From NCBI GenBank assembly GCA_038231275.1, contig JBBRLQ010000018.1:130504-194503 (forward strand): a stretch of DNA of 64,000 nt, in the 5' to 3' direction. The position numbers were made by a program, and so were the translations under genes. Positions within the stretch are counted from its first letter, which is position 1. Every line of letters begins with the position of its first letter. Positions 20,069-28,485 of the stretch are shown piece by piece. The notes under the pieces were generated by a model. That model was not told the DNA's origin. It was given only the letters and a program-made list of their open reading frames with translations, and ran no database searches. This DNA comes from Polyangiales bacterium (GTDB lineage Bacteria > Myxococcota_A > Polyangia > Polyangiales > Polyangiaceae).

Positions 20069-22321
20069 TCACGGGATCGCCAGCGTGAGCTTCGGCACGC
20101 CGGCCTCGCCGTGCTTCATGTAGCCGTAGCGCGCCAGGTTGCCGAGCACGCGGCCGACGTAGATGCGCGTCTCGGTGAAGGGGATGAACTCGACGAAGAC
20201 GTCCATCTCCATGCTCGGCGCGCGCCCCGTCCAGCGCGCGATCGCGTCGGGGCCGCCGTTGTAGGCGCCGACCGCGAGCGGCACGGCGCCGTGGAATTTG
20301 TCGAGCAGCTCACGGAGGTAGAGGGCGCCGAGCGTTACGTTCTGCGCGGGGCTCGTCAGGCGCGTGTCGTCGTGGACGATCGCCGCGCCGTCGGCCACGG
20401 TCCGCGCCGTCTCGGGAAGAAGTTGCATGAGGCCGACCGCCCGCGCCGGCGAGACCGCCTCGGGCGCGAAGTTCGACTCCTGTCGCATCACCGCGTAGAC
20501 GAGGCCCTCGGGGAGATGTCCCGACTCCTCGCTCGCGCGCACGACGCCTTCGTACGGCGTCGGGTACGCGCACTCCCACGCCCACCGCGTGCGTGCGCCC
20601 GGCGCGCGCGCGAGCATCGCCGCCGGGATTTGTAGGGCGATCTGGTAACGACGCCGCGCGCGCCCCAGTTGCCCGTACGCGGCGCAGAGCGCCTCGATGC
20701 CGCGTCCTCCTGCCGCTTGCGTCACCGCGGCCTCACGCGTTGCGAGGGCGTCCTCCGCGTCGCCGTCGAGGCCGATGCGATGGAGCATGTCGACCGGCGG
20801 AGGCAGCTTCACCGCGAGCGGCTCCTGCGCGGGCTGCGCGTCTTCGGCGTCGACCGTCGGAGGGAATGGCGCGCCGGCCTCGAGCAGACGCGCGCGCGCG
20901 ACCAGCGCCGGCCACGACAGCGGACGTGCGCGCGCCACTTCGGTCCAGCGCGCGACAGCGTGGGTTCGGTCTCCTTCCTTCGACGCCGCGAGCGCTTCCA
21001 TGTTCGCCGCGCGCGTCCCGCCGAGCCCTTCTTCGTCGTCGGCGATCTGCCCGAACAGCCGCCGCGCGACCTTGTGCTCTCCCGCGAGGAGGCGCGACAG
21101 GGCGAGGTTGCGCGTCGCGTCCTTCCTCTCGGTCGCGGCGGGGTAGTGCTTCAAGTAGCCGTCGAACCCCGCCGCCGCGTCGCGCCATCGCGCGTGGAGA
21201 AAATGCAGGCGCGCGGCGTGGAACGCGGCTTGGTCGGCCCACGTCGTGCGCGGGAACCTGCGCTCGAGCGCCTCGTAGTCACGGACCGCCTCGTCGTCGC
21301 GATCGGCGCGCGCGAGGGAGCGCGCGGCCATGAACGCGTCCTCGGCGACGTGAGGCCCACCGAGCTGCGAGGTCTGCGTGTACGCCGACCACGCTTCGCC
21401 GTAGCGGTTCTTTGCCTTGAAGAGCGCGTCGGCCTTCGCGCGCATCCGATCGACGCCCGCCGGCACCCGCCCGGGCGCCGCCGCCGCGCGATCCACCGCG
21501 GCGATCGCGTCGGTCGCGCGGCTTGCGTCGGCGAGGACGTGTGCGCGCGTCATCCACTCCTCGGCGGTGAGGGGGTGCGTCGGATCGGCTTTTGCGAGCG
21601 TCGCCTCGGCGTCGTGATCGAACGTCGTGTCGGGCGCGCGAACGCGGATCCAGCGCGCGTCGGCGGCGACGGCGGCCTCGGGACCCCCCAACGCCGTACG
21701 GAGCGCGCGCGCTTCGGCCTCCTGCGCGCGCGTCCGCGTCTCGTGCAAGATCACGCGATCGGCGGCCGTCCGCGCGCGCGCGTCCTTCGCCTTCACGAAC
21801 GCGCGCGCGGCATTGAGCTGCGACGACGCCGCCGCGCGCGCCGCGAAGTATTCGCCCGCCGCGTCGAACGGACCGGCCACGAGGCGCGCTTCGGCGCGGT
21901 GGCGCGCGACGTCGTCCGACAGGAGCGGAAGCAGCGCCTCGAGCCCGTCGAGGAGCTTGGCCGCGGCGTCGGCGTCCCCGCGCGCCAGCGCGACCCGACC
22001 GCGCGCATACCGGACCTCCGGCGCCGATTTGTCGGCGTCGGCGAGCGCGTCGAGGGCGCGCCACGCGTCGTCCCACTTCTCCTGACGGATCGCCTCCGCC
22101 CACGGAAGGGGCGCGCTCGCGTCGGCCGCGGCAGTCGCTCCCGGCGAGTCTCCGTCGGCGCCTCCACCGTCGACGGAGCCCGCGAGCGAGGAAGGCGCGG
22201 GCGGCGCGCTCGGCGCGGACGACTCGTGCTTCGCGCACGACGCAAACGCAAGGACGGCCGCGACGACGAGCGCGACGGCAGGGACGGCCGCGGCGCCGTG
22301 CGAGATGTGTGCACTATGCAT
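20069..22321 (-). CDS. Lytic transglycosylase (Slt-type) with TPR region, lipoprotein
   Basis: VMRQESNF, AVGLMQL, AYNGG, IPFTETRIYV. Lipobox FASC. ATG at 22321 overlaps the end of the methyltransferase gene. Confidence 0.92.
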   Translation of the reverse strand: MHSAHISHGAAAVPAVALVVAAVLAFASCAKHESSAPSAPPAPSSLAGSVDGGGADGDSPGATAAADASAPLPWAEAIRQEKWDDAWRALDALADADKSAPEVRYARGRVALARGDADAAAKLLDGLEALLPLLSDDVARHRAEARLVAGPFDAAGEYFAARAAASSQLNAARAFVKAKDARARTAADRVILHETRTRAQEAEARALRTALGGPEAAVAADARWIRVRAPDTTFDHDAEATLAKADPTHPLTAEEWMTRAHVLADASRATDAIAAVDRAAAAPGRVPAGVDRMRAKADALFKAKNRYGEAWSAYTQTSQLGGPHVAEDAFMAARSLARADRDDEAVRDYEALERRFPRTTWADQAAFHAARLHFLHARWRDAAAGFDGYLKHYPAATERKDATRNLALSRLLAGEHKVARRLFGQIADDEEGLGGTRAANMEALAASKEGDRTHAVARWTEVARARPLSWPALVARARLLEAGAPFPPTVDAEDAQPAQEPLAVKLPPPVDMLHRIGLDGDAEDALATREAAVTQAAGGRGIEALCAAYGQLGRARRRYQIALQIPAAMLARAPGARTRWAWECAYPTPYEGVVRASEESGHLPEGLVYAVMRQESNFAPEAVSPARAVGLMQLLPETARTVADGAAIVHDDTRLTSPAQNVTLGALYLRELLDKFHGAVPLAVGAYNGGPDAIARWTGRAPSMEMDVFVEFIPFTETRIYVGRVLGNLARYGYMKHGEAGVPKLTLAIP

Positions 22322-23561
22322 AGACGCCGAAGCCCCCGCCGCCGCTCCATGCGCACGCGCGCGTGATGCCCGTCGCGTCGGTGCCATCGACGACGCGCCG
22401 CAAGCGCGGCAGGCAGAGCGCGTCCACGTGCTCGCCCTCCTCGATGCCGACCCATCGACGACCCATCTTGTGCGCGACCGCCGCGGTCGTCCCGCTTCCC
22501 AAGAACGGATCGATGACCCAGTCGCCGGGCCCCGTCGCCATCGCGAGCACGCGTGCGAGCAGGCGCTCCGGTTTCTTGTTCCGCGAGAAGACGACGCCGC
22601 CCTCCTTCGCGATGCCTTGGAACGGCACGTCGTCCCACACGTTGGTGAGCGGCTCCACGATCACGGGCGCGCCGTCGATCTCCCGCACCTTGTCGGCGAG
22701 GAAGAGGAGCCGGTTGCCGGCGCGCAGGATGAGCGGCTTGTGCCGCGCGCGCTCGAGGACGAAGACGCGCGCCGGCTCCGCGCGCGAACGATCGATGAGC
22801 CCGCGCGCCTCCTTGCTCACCGCCTCGTAGCGAGGCTGGGCGAAGCGCACCACGCGCGTCGCGTTCGCCAGAGCGAAGCGCTCCAGCTCGCGCGTGAATT
22901 TTTCGGTGCCGAGGACGCGCGTGGCGTCGCGCCGCGTCGCAAACCCCAGCGCGCGCGCCGCGTGGCCGCCGAGCGGCTCGAAGGTCCACGCCTCGCGCGG
23001 CAGGCTCACGTCGGGCACGAACGTGCCGTACGCCGGATCGTAGCCGCGCCGCGCGCGCACTTGAGGGCGGTATGTGAATTGGCTGCGATCCTTCGCGTAC
23101 ACGAGCAGGTAGTCGGCGATGTTCACCGGCGCGGGGTTGATCGCCTTGTGCCCCGTCGCGGCCGAGCGGACGATCGTGATCGTCGAGACGCGGTTCTTCG
23201 CGCCGAAGATCTCGTCCATCAGTACCTGGAGCGGCCCGAGCTCCGTGTCGTCGATCTCCACGAACACCGCGCCGGTGTCGGCCAGAAGCGGAGCGAGGGC
23301 CTCGAGGCGCGCGCGCATCATGGCAAGCCACGCCGCGCGCGTCCGCCGGTCGTCGTACTCGGCGAACGCGCGTCCCGAGTTGAACGGCGGATCGAGGTAC
23401 GCGCACGCGAAGCGCCCGCGCATCTCGCCCTCGAGCAAGCCCAGCGCGCGCAGGTTCTCGGCGTGCACGAGCACGTTCTCCGCCTCGCCACGCGGGGCGC
23501 GGGCGCCGTACGAGCGGGCGGCGTCGCGGGTCAGACCGAGGGTGGGGGCGTGCGCAGCCAC
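22314..23561 (-). CDS. Site-specific DNA amino-methyltransferase, beta class (Mod-like)
   Basis: Motif IV YLDPPFNSG precedes KKPERLL and motif I DPFLGSGTTAAVAHKMGRRWVGIE. Confidence 0.9.
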   Translation of the reverse strand: MAAHAPTLGLTRDAARSYGARAPRGEAENVLVHAENLRALGLLEGEMRGRFACAYLDPPFNSGRAFAEYDDRRTRAAWLAMMRARLEALAPLLADTGAVFVEIDDTELGPLQVLMDEIFGAKNRVSTITIVRSAATGHKAINPAPVNIADYLLVYAKDRSQFTYRPQVRARRGYDPAYGTFVPDVSLPREAWTFEPLGGHAARALGFATRRDATRVLGTEKFTRELERFALANATRVVRFAQPRYEAVSKEARGLIDRSRAEPARVFVLERARHKPLILRAGNRLLFLADKVREIDGAPVIVEPLTNVWDDVPFQGIAKEGGVVFSRNKKPERLLARVLAMATGPGDWVIDPFLGSGTTAAVAHKMGRRWVGIEEGEHVDALCLPRLRRVVDGTDATGITRACAWSGGGGFGVYA

Positions 23562-23608
23562 GTCCCGATCATCCTACGCGGGCGATCACTGCGCGGTCAC
23601 CCATTCCG

Positions 23609-25033
23609 TCAGGCGGGCGCTCGCAGCCACGGCTCGGTGATTCGCCGCCAGTTCGCCTCCGCGCCGAGCCCCGCGAGGATACTGGCGAGGCCCCACTGGA
23701 GCCGATTCACGAAGGTCAAATCCGTCGGCATGTGAATCGGCTTGGGCAAGTTCGGCATCGCCTCGTCGGGGCGGAACACGATCTTCTTTCCGCCGCGAAC
23801 GAGGAACGCCACGCACTCGCGCGCGTGCTCTGGCGTGTGCTTGAACGGCGCATCGCGCGTGAGCGGCTCGAGCACGAGCTTCATGTACTCGGTGTAGAGC
23901 TTCCACCCCTCGAGATCGGTCGGATCGAGCCCGAGCACATCGACGCACAGGCGATAGAACTCGTCCCACCGCTGGTCCTGCGCGGCGATCACGTAGGCCT
24001 TCATCCCGCGCAGAAGATCAGGCGGCAGCACCTTGATGCACCCGAAATCGAGGAACGCGACGTTCCCGCCGCCGAGGAAGCGGTAGTTGCCGGGGTGCGG
24101 ATCGGCGTACAGAATTCCATGCTTGTAGAGTGCACGGAACATAAACCGCCAGATCGTCTCGCCGGCGGCGTTCTTCTCTTCCTTTGACGCTGTCGCGCAG
24201 AACGTCGCGTAGTCCACGCCGCCGATCAGCTCGCACGTCAGCACGCGACGCGTCGTCAAGCTGTGGTGGACGCGCGGGATGAGGATCTCGGCGTCGTCCT
24301 CGTGGATCTGGCGAAAGCGGTCGGCGGTGGTGGCCTCGCGCGTGTAGTCGAGCTCGCCGAGGAAGACCGCCTTCACTTCGTCGAGCGTCTCCTTGCTCTG
24401 GTAGCGGCGGCCGACCGGCGCGATCATCGACTCGAGCATCGAGAGGCTCTTCAGGTCGTTCTCGATCGCCTTGTCGATGCCGGGATACTGCACCTTTACG
24501 GCGACGCGCTCGCCGCCGCGTGTGACGGCGCGATGCACCTGTCCGATGCTCGCCGCCGCGAACGGATCGGCCTCCCATTCGGCGAAGATCTCGCCCGGAG
24601 GAGACCCGAGATCTTCGCGGACGACGCGCGCGGCGGCCTCGCGTGAGAGCGGCGGCGCCTTCGACTGGAGCTGCGCGAGGACCTTCTTGAAGCGCTCCTC
24701 GTAACCGGGCGGCGCGAGGCCGTCGATGTACGAGGCCATCTGCCCGAGCTTGAGCGGCAGACCCTTCATGTCGCCGAGCGTCTTCAGCATCGCCTCGGCG
24801 GTCTTCTTCGCGCTCTTGCGCAGCTTCTCGCGCGCGATTTTCTGCTCGTCGACGTCGCGCTTCACGCCCATCGCGCGCTTCATGCCCTCCATCGCGAGGG
24901 GGAACGCGCGCGGGGCCAGCGCGGTGAGGCGCGCCAATCGACCGAGGCGTGAGGTCGGCGGCGCGTCGGGGCGCTTCTCCTCTCGCGCCTCGTCAACGGG
25001 GCGACCAGGCGGCGGGGGCTCTTTTACGCTCAT
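23609..25033 (-). CDS. ABC1/AarF/UbiB-family atypical kinase
   Basis: KGLPLKLGQ, PFAAASIGQVH, VAVKVQYPG, ELDY.RE, ADPHPGN, LDFGC. Start may be 25060. Confidence 0.92.
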   Translation of the reverse strand: MSVKEPPPPGRPVDEAREEKRPDAPPTSRLGRLARLTALAPRAFPLAMEGMKRAMGVKRDVDEQKIAREKLRKSAKKTAEAMLKTLGDMKGLPLKLGQMASYIDGLAPPGYEERFKKVLAQLQSKAPPLSREAAARVVREDLGSPPGEIFAEWEADPFAAASIGQVHRAVTRGGERVAVKVQYPGIDKAIENDLKSLSMLESMIAPVGRRYQSKETLDEVKAVFLGELDYTREATTADRFRQIHEDDAEILIPRVHHSLTTRRVLTCELIGGVDYATFCATASKEEKNAAGETIWRFMFRALYKHGILYADPHPGNYRFLGGGNVAFLDFGCIKVLPPDLLRGMKAYVIAAQDQRWDEFYRLCVDVLGLDPTDLEGWKLYTEYMKLVLEPLTRDAPFKHTPEHARECVAFLVRGGKKIVFRPDEAMPNLPKPIHMPTDLTFVNRLQWGLASILAGLGAEANWRRITEPWLRAPA

Positions 25034-25225
25034 CAGGAAAGCTCGCGCGAGGAGCTCCATGACAGTATCGCTTTTCGACGGGGCTTCGTCGAGCCGCCGC
25101 CGCTCGCAGCTCTTGCGGTCCGAGGCACGCGATGAACGGAGATCGTCGGCCATTGGGCGCCGGGACCGCTACGCCACGCGTTCCCTGACGTCGGTCGGCC
25201 CAGGTCGGCTACCCTCGCGGGCAAC

Positions 25226-28200
25226 GTGATCGTTCGCGCATCGCTCCGCTTCTCGAAGCTTCCGGGCAGCTCTCCTCCCGGCGCGCGCGCATACTTTCAC
25301 GTTCGAAAGCAGGCGCGCGAAGAGCTGAAGCTCGAGGACGCGCTCTTCGCGATCCGCGGCGACGTCGTCCTCGTCGACGTGCAGGCCGCGCACCGCCTCG
25401 CCGACGCGCTCAACGCGCGCGCCTCGCTTGGCCTCGCCGCGCGCCAAGACCAGCTCCAGGCCTCGCAGCTCCACGCGATGGGGATCATCCACGAGGTCCT
25501 CCACGCGATCGTCGCGCGCTATCGGGCGACGGTGCCCGGCGATCCCTTCGGCGTCCTCACGCGCCGCCTTCGCGAGAGCCACGGCGAGGATCTAACGCGC
25601 ACGCTGAAGGTCTTCCTCGGCGCGTTCCCTCCGCCTGCGGTCTTTCGCGGCGAGGCGACGGTCGACGCATGGCTCGCCGGCACGACCGACGGCATCGCCA
25701 ACGAAGAGTGGGCCCTCGAAGAGCTGCTCCTCGCGTGGCTCGGCAACGAGAACCCCGCCTACGCGCCGATCGCGGATCTCGTGAGCGACGACGAGCTCCG
25801 TCGCACGACGCCGTACCTCGCAGTCCTCACATCGATGCGAGGCGCGTTCGACGATCAACCGCGCTTCGGCCCCGACGCGCAGAACCTCGTCGAGATGCTT
25901 CTCGCGCCGATGCGCAGCTCGCCCGGCTCGCTCGTCGGACAGCTCGAGTTCATGCGCGCGAAGTGGGGCCTGGACGTCGCGCTCCTCGAGCGACTGCTCC
26001 TCGCCGGCGATTTCGTCAACGAGGAGGGCAAGTGGTTCCTGCGCCATGGCCACGGAGGCGACGGCGCGCTCGCCCCGACTCACGCCGCCAAGTTCTCCGG
26101 CGAGCTCTACGAGGCGGAGCCCGAGCGCTTCAGCCCCGATCTGGAGTGGATGCCGCGCGTCGTCATGCTCGCGAAGAGCACGTTCGTGTGGCTCGATCAG
26201 CTGTCCAAGACGTACGGCCGCGCGATCAGCACGCTCGCCGACGTGCCCGACGAGGAGCTCGATCGCATCGCCTCGCGCGGCTTCACGGGCCTTTGGCTCA
26301 TCGGCATCTGGGAGAGGAGCCGCGCGTCGCTCCAGATCAAGCAGCGCATGGGCAACGCCGACGCCGTCGCCTCCGCGTACTCGCTGCACGACTACGAGAT
26401 CGCGCCCGAGCTCGGAGGGCACGGCGCCTACCAGAGCCTGCGCGCGCGCGCGTGGCGGCGCGGCGTGCGCCTCGCGAGCGACATGGTCCCCAACCACATG
26501 GGCATCGATTCGCGCTGGGTCGTCCAGCACCCCGACTGGTTCGTCCAGTCGCGCGAGCCGCCGTTCCCGAGCTACCGCTTCGACGGACCGGATCTCGGCA
26601 ACGACGCGCGCGTCGGCATCTACGTCGAGGACGGCTACTGGTCGAAGACCGACGCCGCCGTCGTCTTCAAGCGCGTCGACAAGGCCACCGGCGACACGCG
26701 CTTCGTCTACCACGGCAACGACGGCACCAGCATGCCGTGGAACGACACCGCGCAGCTCGACTACACGAAGGCCGAGGTCCGCGAGGCGGTCATCCAGACG
26801 ATCCTCCACGTCGCGCGCCTCTTCCCGATCATCCGCTTCGACGCGGCGATGACACTCGCGAAGCGCCACTACCAGCGCCTGTGGTTCCCGCTCCCAGGAT
26901 CCGGCGGCGACATCCCGTCGCGCGCCTCCCACGCGATGACCAAGGAGAGCTTCGACGAGGTCTTCCCCGTCGAGTTTTGGCGTGAGGTCGTCGATCGCGT
27001 CGCGCGTGACGTGCCCGACACGCTGCTCCTCGCCGAAGCGTTCTGGATGATGGAGGGCTACTTCGTCCGAACGCTGGGCATGCACCGCGTCTACAACTCC
27101 GCCTTCATGCACATGTTCAAGAAGGAGGACAACGCTGGCTACCGCGCCTCCATCAAGAACGTGCTCGCCTTCAATCCCGGCATCCTGAAGCGCTACGTCA
27201 ACTTCATGAACAACCCGGACGAGGACACCGCGGTCGCGCAGTTCGGTCGGGACGACAAGTACTTCGGCGTCTGCACGGTGATGTGCACGATGCCGGGCTT
27301 GCCGATGTTCGGTCACGGCCAGGTCGAAGGATTCGGCGAAAAATACGGCATGGAATACAAGCGCGCGTACTGGGACGAGACGCCCGACGCGCACCTGGAA
27401 GGCCGCCACGCGCGCGAGATTTTCCCCATCATGAAGCGGCGCGCGCTCTTTGCCGACGTCGAAGCGTTCACGCTCTACGACGTGGTGACCGAGGGCGGCG
27501 ACGTCGACGAGGACGTGTTCGCGTACTCGAACCGGCGCGGCGGTGAGCGCGCGCTCGTGGTCTTCCACAACCGGTTCAAGGAGGCACGCGGCTGGATTCA
27601 GACCTCGGTCGGCTTCCTCGACGATCACGGCACCATGCGCCACCGGACCCTCGGCGAGGGCCTCGCGATCGATCCGCGCGACGGCGCGTTCACGGTGTTC
27701 CGCGATCACGTCAGCGGGCTCGAGCACATCGCCGAGAGTCGCCAGCTCGCGACGCGCGGCCTCTACGTCGCGCTCGGCGCGTTCAAGTACCACGTGTTCT
27801 GGGAGTTCCGGGAGGTCCACGACTCGCACGAGCGTCCGTACCGTGCGCTCGCGGAGAGGCTCGGAGGCCGCGGCGTCCCGTCGATCGACGAAGCCCTCAC
27901 GGACCTGCTCCACGCGCCGGTCCATGACGCGATTCGGGAGGCGATCGCGCTCCGGATCGCCGACTCCGACTCCGACTCCGACTCCGACGCGTGCCCGCGG
28001 TGGCGCGCCGCGCTCGAGGCGGTGGAGCTCCTCGAGGAGGCGACGGCGCAGGGCGACGCGATCACCGCGTTCCGACTCGATCGCGTTCTCGGCGAGGACA
28101 CCGCGCTCGTTCGCGTGCTCCTCCGCGCGCGCTCGGTCGGAGGATTGCGCGGCGTCGACGCCCTCCTCGACGATGACGTCGCCCGCGCGTACCTCGGTGT

Positions 28201-28387
28201 CCACACGCATGGCGGCATCGAGTGGCTCCGCAAAGAGCCGTTCGATGCGCTCGCCGATGCGCTCGCGCTCCTCGACGGCGATCCCGCGGCCGCCGAGCTC
28301 GTGATCGCCGCCGGAGCCGCCGCGGGCTACGACGTGGCGAAGGTGCGGCTCGAAGTCGGACTCATCGGCGAAGCGGCCATCACCTGA
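25226..28387 (+). CDS. Large GH13 alpha-amylase-family glycoside hydrolase
   Basis: LWLIGIWE, YSLHDY, DMVPNHMG, WNDTAQLDY, RFDAAM (nucleophile), LAEAFW (acid/base), FMNNPDE. Confidence 0.88.
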   Translation: MIVRASLRFSKLPGSSPPGARAYFHVRKQAREELKLEDALFAIRGDVVLVDVQAAHRLADALNARASLGLAARQDQLQASQLHAMGIIHEVLHAIVARYRATVPGDPFGVLTRRLRESHGEDLTRTLKVFLGAFPPPAVFRGEATVDAWLAGTTDGIANEEWALEELLLAWLGNENPAYAPIADLVSDDELRRTTPYLAVLTSMRGAFDDQPRFGPDAQNLVEMLLAPMRSSPGSLVGQLEFMRAKWGLDVALLERLLLAGDFVNEEGKWFLRHGHGGDGALAPTHAAKFSGELYEAEPERFSPDLEWMPRVVMLAKSTFVWLDQLSKTYGRAISTLADVPDEELDRIASRGFTGLWLIGIWERSRASLQIKQRMGNADAVASAYSLHDYEIAPELGGHGAYQSLRARAWRRGVRLASDMVPNHMGIDSRWVVQHPDWFVQSREPPFPSYRFDGPDLGNDARVGIYVEDGYWSKTDAAVVFKRVDKATGDTRFVYHGNDGTSMPWNDTAQLDYTKAEVREAVIQTILHVARLFPIIRFDAAMTLAKRHYQRLWFPLPGSGGDIPSRASHAMTKESFDEVFPVEFWREVVDRVARDVPDTLLLAEAFWMMEGYFVRTLGMHRVYNSAFMHMFKKEDNAGYRASIKNVLAFNPGILKRYVNFMNNPDEDTAVAQFGRDDKYFGVCTVMCTMPGLPMFGHGQVEGFGEKYGMEYKRAYWDETPDAHLEGRHAREIFPIMKRRALFADVEAFTLYDVVTEGGDVDEDVFAYSNRRGGERALVVFHNRFKEARGWIQTSVGFLDDHGTMRHRTLGEGLAIDPRDGAFTVFRDHVSGLEHIAESRQLATRGLYVALGAFKYHVFWEFREVHDSHERPYRALAERLGGRGVPSIDEALTDLLHAPVHDAIREAIALRIADSDSDSDSDACPRWRAALEAVELLEEATAQGDAITAFRLDRVLGEDTALVRVLLRARSVGGLRGVDALLDDDVARAYLGVHTHGGIEWLRKEPFDALADALALLDGDPAAAELVIAAGAAAGYDVAKVRLEVGLIGEAAIT
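27960..27988. repeat. In-frame hexamer microsatellite, (CCGACT)x4 plus a partial copy, encoding DSDSDSD
   Basis: ccgactccgactccgactccgactccgac read directly from the sequence. Confidence 0.9.
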
Positions 28388-28485
28388 GCGTCGACGCGAC
28401 TCGCTGCGCGCGGCCGCGGCGCGAGCTGGCAGCTCATCGCCGCGTGCGTGGACGCGCGCACGGCTCGAACGCGCGGTCGCGCGAC

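Noticed and set aside
22314..23561. Type III restriction-modification or other defence island
   Set aside because: No Res subunit, nuclease, integrase or other defence genes are adjacent, and the flanking genes are housekeeping-type.
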